Shown: positions 26,601 to 40,202 of the stretch, piece after piece
Layout of the letters: each line of letters begins with the position of its first letter
How positions within the stretch are numbered: the stretch's first letter is position 1
Assembly: GCA_027604505.1 (NCBI GenBank)
Contig: JADIIX010000040.1
Coordinates: forward strand, 62,001 to 126,000
Source of the DNA: Gonapodya sp. JEL0774
Lineage: Eukaryota
DNA length: 64,000 nucleotides
Direction of reading: 5' to 3'
The notes under the pieces: model-generated
Databases searched by the model: none
Seen by the model: only the letters and a program-made list of their open reading frames with translations
What the model was told of the DNA's origin: nothing
Position numbers and translations under genes: made by a program

Positions 26601-29600
26601 CGTGAGCTTGCGTTTGCACACCTTCGGCGCTTTGGAATGGCGTCACACCTTTCTTCTGGTGGCGGAGAGATGGTGAATGTGGCTGAGTACGTGTGCACCG
26701 TACTCGTTCCCGAGGTTCGTAACACTACATTTGTCGATGTCTGAGAAAGTATACACTTGATCACTACTTTTCTGCATGCTTTCGTCTTGGCAGATTCCCG
26801 TACAAGCCTTTGGTTTGCAAGCTCTTGGATTAATACAAGATGCTGTAAAGTGTCAGATATCCAAGCTCGCGAAACCTATTCTGCCAGGAAATCTTCAAAT
26901 GTTGACACCACTGCTATGGACTTTGGCGATGAACTCTGGGGATGAACTCGTCGGAATCGATGCACTCACGTGTTTGGTGGACCTTTACATGAGCAACGTA
27001 AGGTTATGTAATTGTGCGCACCACGGATTGCAAAGACGTACCACCTTCTGCGATCCTAGGGCACAGAGGAACTAATGGCAGAGCTGGTAGAGAACATCTT
27101 TTCTCGAATGCTCGCAAGCGTGCGTGAGTTGGCTGCTGGTGGAAGTGGTTTGGCTCTTTCTCGGTCTATCGCTGCTCTTCAGGTAGGTTTGGTTAATTTG
27201 TCGTCAATGATTTGAAGTTGAGCATCGAAATCTCGCATTACATTCAGGCATTTCTGGATCGTGCAGCTCTCTTTGATTTCGGTCCTGAGCCCGCGGATGA
27301 GGATGTCCGATCCTCCATCAAAATCCGCGCACAAATCAATATCGACAAACAAGAGGCAATTTTGAAAGAATTTACGTGCTCGGCGGCCTCCACAATTCGT
27401 CAGGTTATTGCCAAAGTCGCCAGAATAGCTTCCACTTCCTCGAAGACCGTTCCACATACAGTGCGAGTTCTACGGGGTGGAAAAGAACTCACTGATATGA
27501 AAGAATTCACACTTTCGACGGTGGCGCCTGGTCCCGTGGAGTCAATTTCTTTCATGATTCTGACGGTCAGTTTGAAAGGTTTAACGTGATTTAGATTGGC
27601 AGTTTTGAGTATGCTCACTGATCTCCACTGAAATGATACGCAGGATAGTAACAATTCCCAAAACTCGGGTTTGGGTGAACCAAAACTTTATCCTCAAAGT
27701 GTGTTAAATGTGATTTTGCCTGTCCACGATATTTTGTTTCTCCTACTCGGTCTCAGCGAGCCTTACGCTTCAATGGTAGGTGCCAACTGCTTTGCATGAT
27801 CCGCATAACGTGAAGGTCATGGCTGTATGATTCATTGCAGATATGGAAGGTTTTACTTTCCCTCCCAGAAGTGCCTATCCCCGGCGAGTCAATGGATAAT
27901 GCAGGAAATTTGGATGTCAATCGCCTCCTCGATCCAACGAATTCATACCAGCTTCTTTATCGACTTCGGAGAGTGCACGGCCTGTTGACAGTCTCGCCAC
28001 AATGGCGTGATTTGTTCCTCCGCAGTGGAGGTTTCAGAGGGGTGCTCGCAGTCTTTGTGGCCAAAGATCTAGGAACGTTCCTGGATAGACAATCGTTGCG
28101 CCTCTTGCTTCGAATCCGAAGCTCATTGGGCGCAAGCTTAGAGTTGTCAAACACAGTTTCCTTAACGGAAATCATGCACAAGGCTGTGCAGTGTCTGAGT
28201 TCCACAGACATGTGCTCGGACTCAGGCACTTTGTTGAGCTCTCTCCAACTGCTGTTGGATGTCGCACCAATGACCAACGAGACAGCTCTGTGTTTCCAAA
28301 ATTATCTGAAAGTGGTGAATAATAATCCGATCCTTGCCACAGTGGCTTCTCCTACCTTGGGCTCGAAAGAACGAGAAGATTCCGGTTTGTTTAAGCAACT
28401 GATTTATGTTCTTCCTCAAATGATCTCAGATGCTGCTTTCCTCTTCTTGTTTAGCGGACATGCTCTTCCGTTATTTCTGTCGCTGGATTGGAAACGACTC
28501 GTCGACGCCCAAGAACAAGTGTGCATCTGCGCTTGTTGGAATACTGTTGACAACTACGAGGGCATTTTCACCGTCAAGTGATGTTGTTGGACTCCCAAGG
28601 GAACTTTTCAACCTCACCCGTAATGTGTTTGCGTGGGTGTGCCACCGCAGTATTGTTTTTTGCGCCAGTAACATAGACGTGCGGTTGTGCCTTACTTGAA
28701 GGCGATGTCTCGAGGCCAAGCCATCAGTATTACTGCTGAATGCAAAAGCTACAGATTTGACTGACCTCTTCCAGTCATCGCTCAATGGCCTCTCATCACA
28801 CCCTGGCGAGTCTGCGCCAGACGTTTGTGATGAATTCCTGGCCGGATCCCTTGCTGTGTCAACGGCTTTCCTCCGTCATTCAACTCTAAAACTGAGTACT
28901 GATGAAATGTGGTAGGTTCTGGTCCTCGTGGGCGGAGTACTCATATTTCTGTGAAAAATGGTTCCGCTCGCAACATCATTTTGAAGCGCCTTAGTCGGTG
29001 ATCTATTCCGCAGGCTCTTCGACACGCACGAAATTTTGTATAAGTCAGATCACACACGTTCAAAGGTTGGAAAGGATGGGCAGTTAGATTCCATTCACTG
29101 GAACATATCTGATCGGTACTGATTTTTCCTCAGGCGTTCGATTTTCTTGAGGCGATTCTCTCTCAAACAGTGACTGCAAAGGTTTACGGGACGCTTGCTG
29201 AAATGCTTGTTAATTTTACGCAGAGTAGGTTCCCGTAAATTCAATGTCGATGGTTACAGTTCTGACTTTTTAATCTTGTCAGCTTGCTCGTCACCCTTGG
29301 AATGGCCGTATTCACCCAAGACAACAATGAGAAATCACTTCGTAGGCCTCCGGAATCTCGGGTCTGTGTAGTGTTTGACGTTGCTTTTGATGCCCACGCA
29401 ATTCAAATCAAATGATGCCGCTGTGCTCTAGTGCCACGTGCTATCAAAACTCGACGCTACAACAGCTTTTCATGGTACCGTCTTTTCGTCAGCTCATTCT
29501 GTCTGCTCCAGTACCCCCAGACGGGCAAGCTAGTCTATTGCCGGAATTAAAGCGGCTGTTCGGGTTCATGCAAGTTTGTTGATTGAAATATGCTATGAAG

Positions 29601-32600
29601 AAATATGTCGCATCATATCAATTGATCGTAATCTTGCTGTTCTCCCAGCTCTCACAGAGGCAATATTATGATACGACTCCATTCTTTGTTACTTGTAAAG
29701 ACCCCGAAGGGAATGCCATAAATCCAAACGTCCAGATGGACGTGGACGAGTTCTTCAATCAAACTATGGATCGCCTGGAACACGAGTTGCAACACACTAC
29801 TCTGGTATTTGATCGAAAATTATTTGCTTAATAGCCGTGGTTTATGATCGTGGTTCTTTTGCAGGCTGCAGACATTGGCAGACCATTTGCCGGACAATTC
29901 ATTCAACAAATCAAAAGTCTTGATCCGAAATGTCAGCATGTATCTAAGTCGTTCCAATCGTTTCACACTATTTCGGTGGACGTGAAGAATGCTCACAACC
30001 TGGCCAAGTCCCTCGAAGTGTTCGTAGCTGGCGAGCATTTGGATGGTGATAACAAGTGAGTAAGCCCCGGTCACATACCACGGACGGCGGTAGCGGACGA
30101 TTCCACTACAAGTGGGTTATTGTACCCCGTGCTACAGTGGTATCAAAGTCACGATCAGAGTCCCGTGGTGCACTTGCCCTATCTAGCAAATCATTTCCAT
30201 ATTCTTGTTGGTTACTGTAATCTCCCCCTTCCACTAACCTATCCCTCGCGTGATCTCACCCGCGTCTCTTCTTCCCATCTTGTGCGCAGATATAAATGTG
30301 ATCGATGCAAGAAGCACGTCAATGCTGTAAAGGTTCGGGTACCTGTTTCATCCACCACGGAGAGAAGCAATTGAACGATGATTTGATCGTACAGAGTACT
30401 TCGATTCACACGTTACCCCCGACAATGATAATCCATTTGAAGCGGTTTGAATTGGTGAATTGTCTCGCCTTCTTTCTCCTTCCTTTTGGTTGAACTCTCA
30501 CGAACTTCCTACCAACGGGAACAGGACCTGGAAACCATGCGTCGCACTAAAATACACGATCGCTTCGAGTTCCCTGAGTTCATTGATATGGCTCCTTATT
30601 CTATGAAAGGCGATAGTACATGTGGAGCTCCCGCTGACGAGATCTATCGACTTTCGGGGGTTTTAGTCCACAGCGGAAGCACCGCCGATGCTGGTCACTA
30701 TTATTCGTTTATACGGTCGCGCGACTCGGCGGAAGGGTCGTGGTTTGAGTTTAATGATCGAATGATTCTTCCATTTGACCTCCAGCATCTCGAAGAATCT
30801 TGTTTCGGCGGGTGGGTTTCAAATCACACATCAAGCAGCTGGCATCTCATCTCTTTGCTTCAACTCCTAGGTATGATACTAAAAAACTGTTCAAGGATGG
30901 GAAGGAAATATCGTTGTCGCTTCCGCGCACTCGCAGTGCCTACATGTTGTTTTATGAGAAGGATGGCTTCTTAGAGCCACAGACATCGAACCATACTCCT
31001 CCTGTGGTTCCTCTGGAGATCGCCACAGCTGTTGATGAGGACAACCGAAATTTGCAAGCGGATGTTCTTCTGTATGACAGCTCCTTTTGTGGAGCGATGT
31101 ATCATATTGCTCGTGTTGCGGCCGCCAATGTTGCCCGAAATGACCCAGTTTATATAAAAATTTTGCGTCTCTTGTATCAAGTATTGTTCAAGGGAGTCAT
31201 CCGAGGTATGTGTGCCTTTGACATTTCATATGGAGGTCTTCATGGAAACTCAAAGTACGTCAATAGTGAAAACAAAGGACTTGACTGCACTTGATCAGTG
31301 GTTTACAGTATTGTTGGATATGTTCCAAAACCTTGGTCATGTGCGTTATCTGCTGCTATTCAAGTTTACTGATTCCAGAAATGGATCTTTTTCTTGTGTC
31401 GCAATTTTGTGCAATTCCAAGGAACCCTCTCTTCTTGAAGACTTTTTAAGAGATGAACACGTTGCAGTTGCTCTAGTTCGGTGCCCGGAATCACGTATAC
31501 GGACACTCACCTCACATTTAATGGCAAAAGTAGCGGAGAGAATGGATGAGCTTTCTCCAGATACTCCGAGTGAGGCGATGGCTACTTCTGTGCTGATAGT
31601 GACCACACTTCTCCAAGAGGTTTTGAGTGACCGCACAACCTACATTTCGGAGCTCGTGTTGCTGCTCATCAAGGTAGCACTTGGATGCCTTCTGCCGAGC
31701 TGGCACTGGATAGATTATGCTATATATTAATTCCTTTTCTTTTTTTTTTTTTTTTTCTCCGGGGGGGTGGGGGGTGGGACAGATTGCAGAATCAGGAGGT
31801 CAAGATGCATACCACATTATGCTTTCAGTGAACCTTCTCCGTTTGTACTATGTCCGGTGTTTGTTTGTTCAGATTGTCACTCTTCTCATGAATTATTTGA
31901 ACGCAGGTGATCTCACAAAGGTTTTCAAGTCCGAATTTCAGAAGCGGCTGAATAGGAATGGGGAGCTTCGAGTATCTGAGAGTCCTCATCGCTCAGTGGA
32001 ATGCCTGACTCCGTTGATTCGGAGGCTAGTTTTGTCGCTAGATGAAACAACACTGAACAGTGAGGCTGATGTGGATAAGCGCGAACATTGTTCTGCAAAT
32101 TTGAGCGAGATCGTCGACACTGGTCGGGAAAACACTGACTGGACGGTATTTTGGCGGTTCCAGATCCTTTGGGACAATAATTTCAAAGACACATGCGCAA
32201 TGGTGCAGCATCTTTCAATGTACCCTGGCTTTTCGAACGCAATCACTGCATTTGCTTCGAGAGAGCTCTGCAGGACGACACTTTCAGATGACATTGCGAA
32301 GTGGTTTGAGATACTTACAGCTTCTTTGGGAAGCATGGAGGTTTCGGACCGCTTTCGGGAACGGTGCAACTTTGCCGTGACAACGCTTCTCGAGGTAGTA
32401 GAGACAGCTTTTCTTCGTTAGCACACATTGAATCAATCCCTTTACACCCGTCAGGAATGGAAGCACACCGAGAACCAGAAAGTTCTTGATCTGCAACTGA
32501 CTGTTTTGTCTGAGAAAGCGGAACAAGGAACTCCTCCAATCGTGGCTTTAACAAAAGCTTTCAAATCCCATATTGGTTACATTATTCGGGAGATGGTTAT

Positions 32601-35600
32601 TGGGAGCTCATACAATGGCAAAAATGGTGCCACCGTAATCCAGAATCTATTCGGTGCGAATCACGCACAAGCGGATAATGATTCTGATTCTTCTCAGTTC
32701 ATTACAACAAGTTTGCTTTCGGAATCAAAAGCAATGTTAGCAGGTGAGATCATATCGCAACCCCTCCAATTCCAGTGTCGATACTGACTTTGTTACGGGA
32801 CTACATCAGCCGTCATGAAAGCAGAGCAGATTTCACGATCTCGCAATACTTCAGGATCATTGGCCACTGGCCTGGTGACGTATGCACATCTTCTTTACAT
32901 CTTCACATCATCGAACAATGTCTCAGTGGTAAGGGTCTGATTTTGAATTTCTTGTTCATATCTTTTTGATCCTCGTCGCTCAATAAATTTCCCGCAAGAT
33001 GCTGGATGATGATATTGATCGCGTGGCTCAAGCAATCCAGAAGGCGCAAATGTTACCTCATCTCAGCCTGGATTTCGCTGTAAGCTTGTCGTCGTCTCAC
33101 CTTACAACGACAAATCATCAGTTGAATTAACTTACTATTTCCCTTTGTCTCTCAAGTGGGGATTCTACTGGCTTTGTAGTCTTGTTCCACTCCTCCCGCT
33201 CTCGCGTTTGAGGCTTCTGTTTAATAGGAAATCGTTCCGACATTGTTTGGAGCAGGGGTTTAATCCGGCACAAATGAGTGAGGAGCTCCATTCCGCTTTC
33301 CATCTTACTTTTCTTGTGATGCCTTCCTCCCAATCAGGTCGATTAGACGAAAACACCGGTCCTAACGTCATTTCTTCTATATTGTCCGCCTATCACGTTC
33401 TGATCCGAAAGGGTTTCGTGAACATGGACAATGGAACTTTCGTTATGTTGATGCTGACAGAGTGCCTGTTGGACATCGATCGTAGTACAGTTAACGAAGT
33501 GCCAGGGTTGGTTGGGTCGGAGGCAAGTTTTACAACTGATTGAACTCTGCGTCGCGAAATATTGAGAAGCTTTGACGTCAATTTTTTTTGTCTTCTTGCA
33601 CGCATGACCGAATCAGAGACAGGATATCACTCGGCAAGCTAAGGAATTCCTCCTTGAGCACTTGTTCGAAGGGCCTTGGTCGTCCCATACTCGTGACGCT
33701 GTGATCTTTGGTCTTCATAGACACTGTATCCGATATAAGCAGCCTTCTGAGGCTTTTCTGGCGACCAGTATTGTGCCCAATCTCCTGCAAATCCTCTTCA
33801 CGGAGATGGCGCGTCCCAGTGCGGGCAAGATCGATTCTATATCAGAGAAAGTGGGTCTCTATCGCGATTTGTACTGATGATCGTGAAATCACTAATGACG
33901 GCATCATTTCGAAATAATCATCTAAAGTCCGAACAGATGCATCGAATCATTTCGCTTCTGAACGTGTACCTGTGCGGCTACCTGTTGGGATCACCAGATC
34001 ACGGGCCTGCTTCAACAAGTCACATCCAGACCATGCTCCATTTTGCTCCTGTGTTGTTGAGGAACGAACTTTTCCAATCGGAATGTGGGTTACAGACCAG
34101 TAAATGGAAAATGTCAAAAAAAATAACTTCGCTTTCATGTCATTTTGAGTGAGGAAACTTGGTGCGCTGCCCGCCCAATTCGAGATTTGGCTTTTACCCA
34201 TCTGGATGTCCATTACCCGTGCATCTTTGGACGATGGCGAATATGCGATGAGTTAGTTCCCTATCTGCATCATAAGCTATCCCATGATCCTATTGACGAA
34301 TCGACCTCGCTCTCTTCCAGAATTTCTTTTCAATACTGTGGCTTTCTGGACATCTAAGCAAATCGACCACGGTGGAGCCAAAGAGAGTTCGCACCAGTGT
34401 GCCCTCCGTGTGTTACAATTCGTCGAGGAAGTTCATAACTGTCGCCGAGTGCCACGTGCCCATCCTCCCAGTTACGTTATCTGCGCTCGGCGTTTGTCGG
34501 GAGAAGTCCTGTTATTGGCAGCAAATAATCTCGATGCCATGGAGGCGTCACAAAGAAGTACCACGACTCGCCGATTGGAATTGTATCACGCAATGTTGGG
34601 CTCTATTCTACGAGTGATTGTCTCGAAAATGGCTCCCTTGGAACAAATTGCTAGGGCATTGAATCTAGGTGAGATTGGTTGAGATCGAGATACTCGCTTA
34701 GGTTTACTTCCTGTCTTCTCCCTGCCTGTTCTATGCCAGTGTTTCACATCGCCGCTCCCTTAATCCCACACAACACCAGAATATTGGACTATTTGAAAAA
34801 CATGGTTGACCGATTCTTGGACGCCAGTCGTAACACTGTTCCTCATCCGCCTCCTTTTGACATCCAATATGTTCGAATGCTGATCACCAAACTTACCTCA
34901 TACGGAGAACAGCCGTCTGGCGTGCTATGGAGGAATTATCTCGGAGAAGTAGCACGTCTCATGTCGAAGGCAGGTGTTCAACGGTTTCGCCATTAAGTTT
35001 AAATACGGCTGCGGTTAAAACTCTTCCCACGCTCAACTCTCCTCCTACCATAATCTGCAGTATATGCAAGATGTAGACCGCCACCGTTGCATGGATGTAT
35101 TTTGTAAGAGTGTTGAGGACTTGGGGAATCGTGCACAGGATGAAGAATTCGATCGCAATTTCCACGACGGTCTTCTTGGAAGGATTCAGACTCTCAAAAA
35201 AGTACGTGTGAGGTCTCTCGGTTGTTTCTTGTGGTTAGAGGTCATAATTTTGTGGTCATCGTTTAGGCGGTGATCTTGCTGGTAGCTTTGGCCGAGCGTG
35301 GGGAGCTCGCAGTGGATGAACAGTTTTACTCCGCGGTCCGAGAGTTCGAGGCGATCTTTTCGAGCTACATCGGACATGTTCTGGAGGAAAAAGGTAACAA
35401 TGGGGCACCCAATGCGTCGCGTCTGGCCACTCACACAGAAGCGATGGGGTCGGATGATGTCTCCCCTCTATGGGCGCCTCAACAAACCGTGGATCTCGCT
35501 CAAAAGGTCTTTGATCTAGTGCGAAGGTTGAAAGTTCTCCTGGATACGGCTGCTGAAGAAATCGCAATAGGGGAAGAAGAACTGGACGGTGGGGGGGGTG

Positions 35601-35635
35601 ACGGCGACGAAGAAGATGCGGTGGTCGTTGAGTAA
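23675..35635 (+). CDS. Very large ubiquitin-specific protease of the USP34/USP24/USP9 group (many exons)
   Basis: The Cys box VGLRNLG|ATCYQNSTLQQLFM is split by an intron at about 29362-29430. Other motifs are QMDVDEFF, HLKRFE and the His box GVLVHSGSTADAGHYYSFIRSR..WFEFND..SAYMLFY. Helical N- and C-terminal regions are long, with a ubiquitin-like segment at about 27300-27570. The acidic tail ends with TAA at 35633-35635. Continuity of the distal exons is inferred. Confidence 0.85.
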
Positions 35636-35944
35636 GTAGATTACTTTAAATTTGTGAATGAGATCGCAAAATGCGAAGGTTGGCGGTGAGGGGTCAGATG
35701 AAGCGCAAATCAGCATGTGATTGGGCTGGTATCGTGTCCTCCTTGACAATATACGAATGAATCATACATCTCACACGAAGGTGTGTTTCATGACATTTAT
35801 TACGTACTGCTCGCTTTCCCTAATGAGACTTTCTCATGCAATTGAAGTCTGGCCCACAAAAGGACACAGCTGCTCATCATGAAGTTGCTCGTGCTTTGCT
35901 TCGCATTTTATACACTAGTGCCTTACTCATCACATCATTCGATC

Positions 35945-37175
35945 ATGTTCAATTCCTCGCCAGCGAGAAACCGTCGTTCAACGCGAAACTCATTAGAAAA
36001 GGGAGATGTGGGGAAAATCAGAAATGTTTCACCAGCTAAAGTGGGAGGGAAACGGAAAGGAACAAGCTCCAGACGCAACATCAATCGAACACCAGATCGC
36101 CAAAACCATCAAGCGATCGGCTTGCTCATTAGCACTCCTGACACTGCACTCGGGCGAGTGGAGCTGCCGGTTCGCACGGAGAGAAACGATGTTCAAGACC
36201 CTCATGGGTGTGCCGATGTCTCGCATCACCATGTGAAGCCAGACATCAATATGGACTGGCCTTGTGAAGGAGAGGAGGAGGATGATGCATTTTGGCAACA
36301 GGCTGCGAAAGTGGCCGATGACATTGAAAAGGAGCACAAATTTGGCGAACCCATCTTGGTGAACATTACATAGTTTGTTACGCTTGAAATCTCATCTGCT
36401 TAGAATCCTTGACTACTTTTCGCCAGGTGAATCGAGCTCCAGTCCTTATTCTATGGGCTACAGTGTGTAAACCTTTTGCTTATGCTCCAAGGGAGAAGTT
36501 ATTCTGCTCACTTTGAGCCACTACAAACAGGTTGTGTGCGTCCGAGAAGGATACTCCCGAGGAACTGCGTTGTCCATTGCCAAAGCCATAGCGTCGGATT
36601 ATTCGCAAACAAAGTGAGCTGAATAAGGTCAATCAATTGCTTCACACTTCAAAACATGACACAAACACTCACACCTCAGGGGTAAGTCTCTCGGCATCAT
36701 CTCCAACAATCCCACAAGCAAGGAAGCTGCATTCGAGCAGAAGAAATATCAAGACGCTGTTATCGTCAGTGCCAATGCCCTGCAATATCCAGCTTTTGGC
36801 TCGGCTGTGTGGTGCATCGAAACACGAGATGGTTTGAGAGCGTTTGATATTCCCAAAGCAATGAGCTTAGATTCAAGAGGAGTAGAGAGGTATCTGGACT
36901 CCGCGTTTGGGAAAAGGAAAGACGAGACAGAACAAGTTTTAAGGGAACTTGCAGAGGTTTGCGATTGCGCCCTAGTGAGTTTGAAATCCCTTTCTGATTG
37001 AACGCCATTTCTTTAGTGTTACACACCTGCGGACATTGGTCACCATGCATATGCTCTCTATGAACAGTTTCGTCCGCCCTGGATGGGTTGGGGAGTGAAG
37101 GGGGAATTTAGATTGGAGAATGTGAAGGATCTCACACTACGAGTGAAGCGTGAGCGGCAGAACGAGCGAAACTGA
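35945..37175 (+). CDS. Uncharacterised conserved protein (NRAPxLxLWA ... LYEQFRP..GWGxKG family)
   Basis: The spliced model gives EPIL|VNRAPVLILWAT|VVCVREGYSRGTALSIAKAIA..TK|GVSLGI..VERYLDSAFG..LRELAE|..AYALYEQFRPPWMGWGVKGEFRL. The N-terminus is basic and NLS-like. Confidence 0.75.
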
Positions 37176-37510
37176 GTAAAATTTGTCCATGCAGCCAATT
37201 GTATAGTACGAACACGTATTCTGTGGTATAGCGGAGCTCTCAAATGTGTCCCGCCCGAACGTCTGTTGTGTTGCGTGAAAATTCCGCATTACAGTTGAGA
37301 AAACGTTAAATGTTCGATACTTCCAGCACAAGACGATTGTTCAGGCTGGTGTGGGCTATAAAAAGATCGAAAGCGCGCCAACAATAAAAAACTGACCACG
37401 GCTGGCTCTTCGTGAGCTGATCGAGTACAGAACCGGTGTGATCAAACGGTCCCAACCTCCCTCCCATTCATACGTCAGCCCACACAAGTAGCCTTTGCTT
37501 GTACCCCGCC

Positions 37511-39206
37511 ATGTCCATGACCTCAGCAGTTTCGGCCACCACCACAATGTGCGGCGCGGACGCCTTCCAACCGTCAGCAATCGCAATACGGATACTTGAT
37601 CCATTTCTGGTACCTGGAGGTGATCAAAAGGCAAAATCGGATCTTGTTTTTCTCAACGAATACGGTGAATTGCGGAAGGGAGAATCTTCTTTCAAATTTG
37701 TGTGGCAGAATGCTCATCACGAGTGTGATTCTCGCTCAAAAAGCGACCGATGAGTCTGAGAAAGTATGTTGTCGTGACCTCGGCTCAAAATTGTGTCTTT
37801 TGAGTGTCTTGGTGGCGCTCATCTGCACGCCATCGGTCACAGCTTGCGAACATTCTAAGGGATGCGGGATACGCCGACGTGAAGGTCCACCCTACCACAC
37901 TTGTCAACTACGAATCTATTCTTGGGACAATTAAATCTGAAATTGATTCCATTGAAGTGAATGGTTCAACGTCTGGTTTCAATTCTGTGGTTGTGCTCAA
38001 TCTTTGCGATGGGACAGAGACGGATGGGTAAGGCCGGTCACCCAAGCCGACTTTCGATATGGATTTTCGGTAGACTCAAATGTTTTGGCTCCAATGATTG
38101 TGACTGTGGTCTTCCTAGGTATCCGGGACCAAGTGTGCTGACATTGCTCAATCGCTTCCATATCCCACACACCGGCTCCGATCCCGTTTTCTATGAAATC
38201 TCAACGTAAGAGTATTACAGCTATTCAGTTTTGCCATGTCAGACGCTTGACAGCTAACCACTGTTGTTGCTGAAGCTCGAAGCCGAAAATCAAGCGCTGC
38301 CTTCAATCTTGTGGGGTGCCGACTTCACCGTTTGTTGAAATTGACCCCGGTAGCGTAGGAACAGACGAAAAGCTGACCACTGATATCGCCAAAGCTGTGT
38401 GAGTTCGTCAGTGTATGGTGCTGTTTCAGATACTGCCTGGGACATTGACAGTTCCTGCTCAACGCATAAAAGCGAGCTGGTTGGATTCCCGCTCATTGTT
38501 AAACCTTCATTTGGCTACGCTTCTCTGGGTATTGGACCGCACTCAGTGTGCTTTTCTGCTGACTCAATTCAGGATGCAGTTCGTATTACGCGGAAGCTCA
38601 CCTTTGATGAGCATACCTTCGCTGAGCGTTTCCTTGATGGACGAGAGTTCACTGTCCTACTTGTTGGAACGCCTCCGGATCCAGTCGTGGTCTATCGACC
38701 TGCTGAGAGGGTCTTCTCTTCGGAACTCGAAGGCCCTGATCGCATGCTTCAGTTTGACCGTTACTGGAAGACAGATGCAGGATCGTTTTACACCTACGTA
38801 AATCTTTCCAGTGAGGAACATCTGTTGGAGGAGCACATTGTTCGTATTGCGAAAGAGGCATACGCGGCCTGCGGAGGTAGTGGGTATGGAAGAGTAGACT
38901 TGCGAACCACGAGTAGACAAGAAAAGGACGGTTGGGAAGTATTGGTACTGGAGGTGAACGCTAACCCCAGTTTGGCATTTGATCCACTGATGAGTACCTC
39001 CGGAGCGGTGGGTTTTGATTTTGAGTCGTTGGACCTTCAGTCACTCAAGTGACGCTGTCTTCTACTAGATTCTTCATCTCGCAACCGAACCCGCAGCTGA
39101 ATTTTTGCACCGGATCGTGAAGGACGCCAAGTCCCGTGCAACTCTTGCAATGAAAGTGAACGGACTTTCTTGTCGGCCAGCCATTGAAATCGATGACTTT
39201 CGATAG
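37511..39206 (+). CDS. ATP-grasp ligase, D-alanine-D-alanine-ligase-like
   Basis: VVLNLCDGTETDG|YPGPSV..HIPHTGSD, SKPKIK..GVPTSPF, FPLIVKPSFGYASLGI, ERFLDGREFTV, GGSGYGRVDLR and VLEVNANP. These are the canonical DDL/ATP-grasp motifs in order. The last exon is 39069-39206. Confidence 0.85.
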
Positions 39207-40202
39207 CAACACCTGATAATTCTATCTGTTGGCTTTTCTTGTAGTGCGAGAAATGGGTACTGGGAACAATAATTAATGACTTCGCTTGTATCAACACACA
39301 ACACCCTGCATCCAGGGAAGAAATGAGAGCATACAATGTAAAAGTTGCGGAATTTCTATTGTGACCTACTGACCTTCATAAAATTCCAAAAGAATATGTA
39401 ATGCGTAGGCTATGAGCTATATATATAGCTAATGAGGGTGCTGAGGAGGCATCCTAACGCCAACACGTATATCGGGGCTGAATGCCTACACCAATGCGGC
39501 ATGTGGCAGAATGCCCTGTGAGTGGTCTGGATCACTCGTGGGTGTCAAAACCACGACAACACAATAGAAATTCCGTCACTTTTACATATTATTCTCTCAT
39601 TTCTTCCCTTTGTCTTCTCTCATTGTGCAATCAGCCTCCAAAGCCGCCTGTTTGAGATCCTCTGCAAGGCATTCTCAGATGGACTTAGAGGTTGCGCTGG
39701 ACGCTGGGTGTTGTGCGTTGAGGCAAGTCAATATTATTCCCCAGTACCCATTTCTCGCACAACTATCGTTTGCTTCGCCCGATTTCAAAACCAATAATGT
39801 CATAGAAGGGACCTGCAATTTTTCCTGGAAGCGCAAGGGCAACGTAAAATATGATACTGAGCAGGGTCGATGGACATCGAGCTGACTCCTTCATGCTCGC
39901 AAGTGCTGCTCCTCCACTTGAAAAGGCACATATGCTCCAAAGACTGCGCCTTCTTTTAGTAACTGTTTTGGGAGAAGAATATCTTACAGAATGCGCGACT
40001 CAACTTTTTTCTCCACTCAGACTCCTATGTTCTCGATTTATAAAATATTCTTATGGAACAGTGATGACAACAGGCCTGATAGTTGAGAAACCCTCCCCTT
40101 TGGGCGCCCCTGCTGGCCGCTGCTCCTCCCCTTCCTACTCCCCATTTCGTCTCTCTGGTCCTGGCTTCGGGTGTTTGGGAGGTTTTTCCAATGACCTTTA
40201 CT

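Noticed and set aside
36344..36403. Possible GC-AG intron in the NRAP-motif gene
   Set aside because: A canonical GT-AG intron (36359-36426) gives the correct frame.
39416..39430. Near-palindromic gctatatatatagc tract
   Set aside because: A simple (TA)n microsatellite whose self-complementarity is trivial.
39432..40200. Possible small spliced gene on either strand between the ATP-grasp and REX1-B-like genes
   Set aside because: Splice-like signals exist, but every model gives a short peptide with no recognisable features, and one needs a GC donor.
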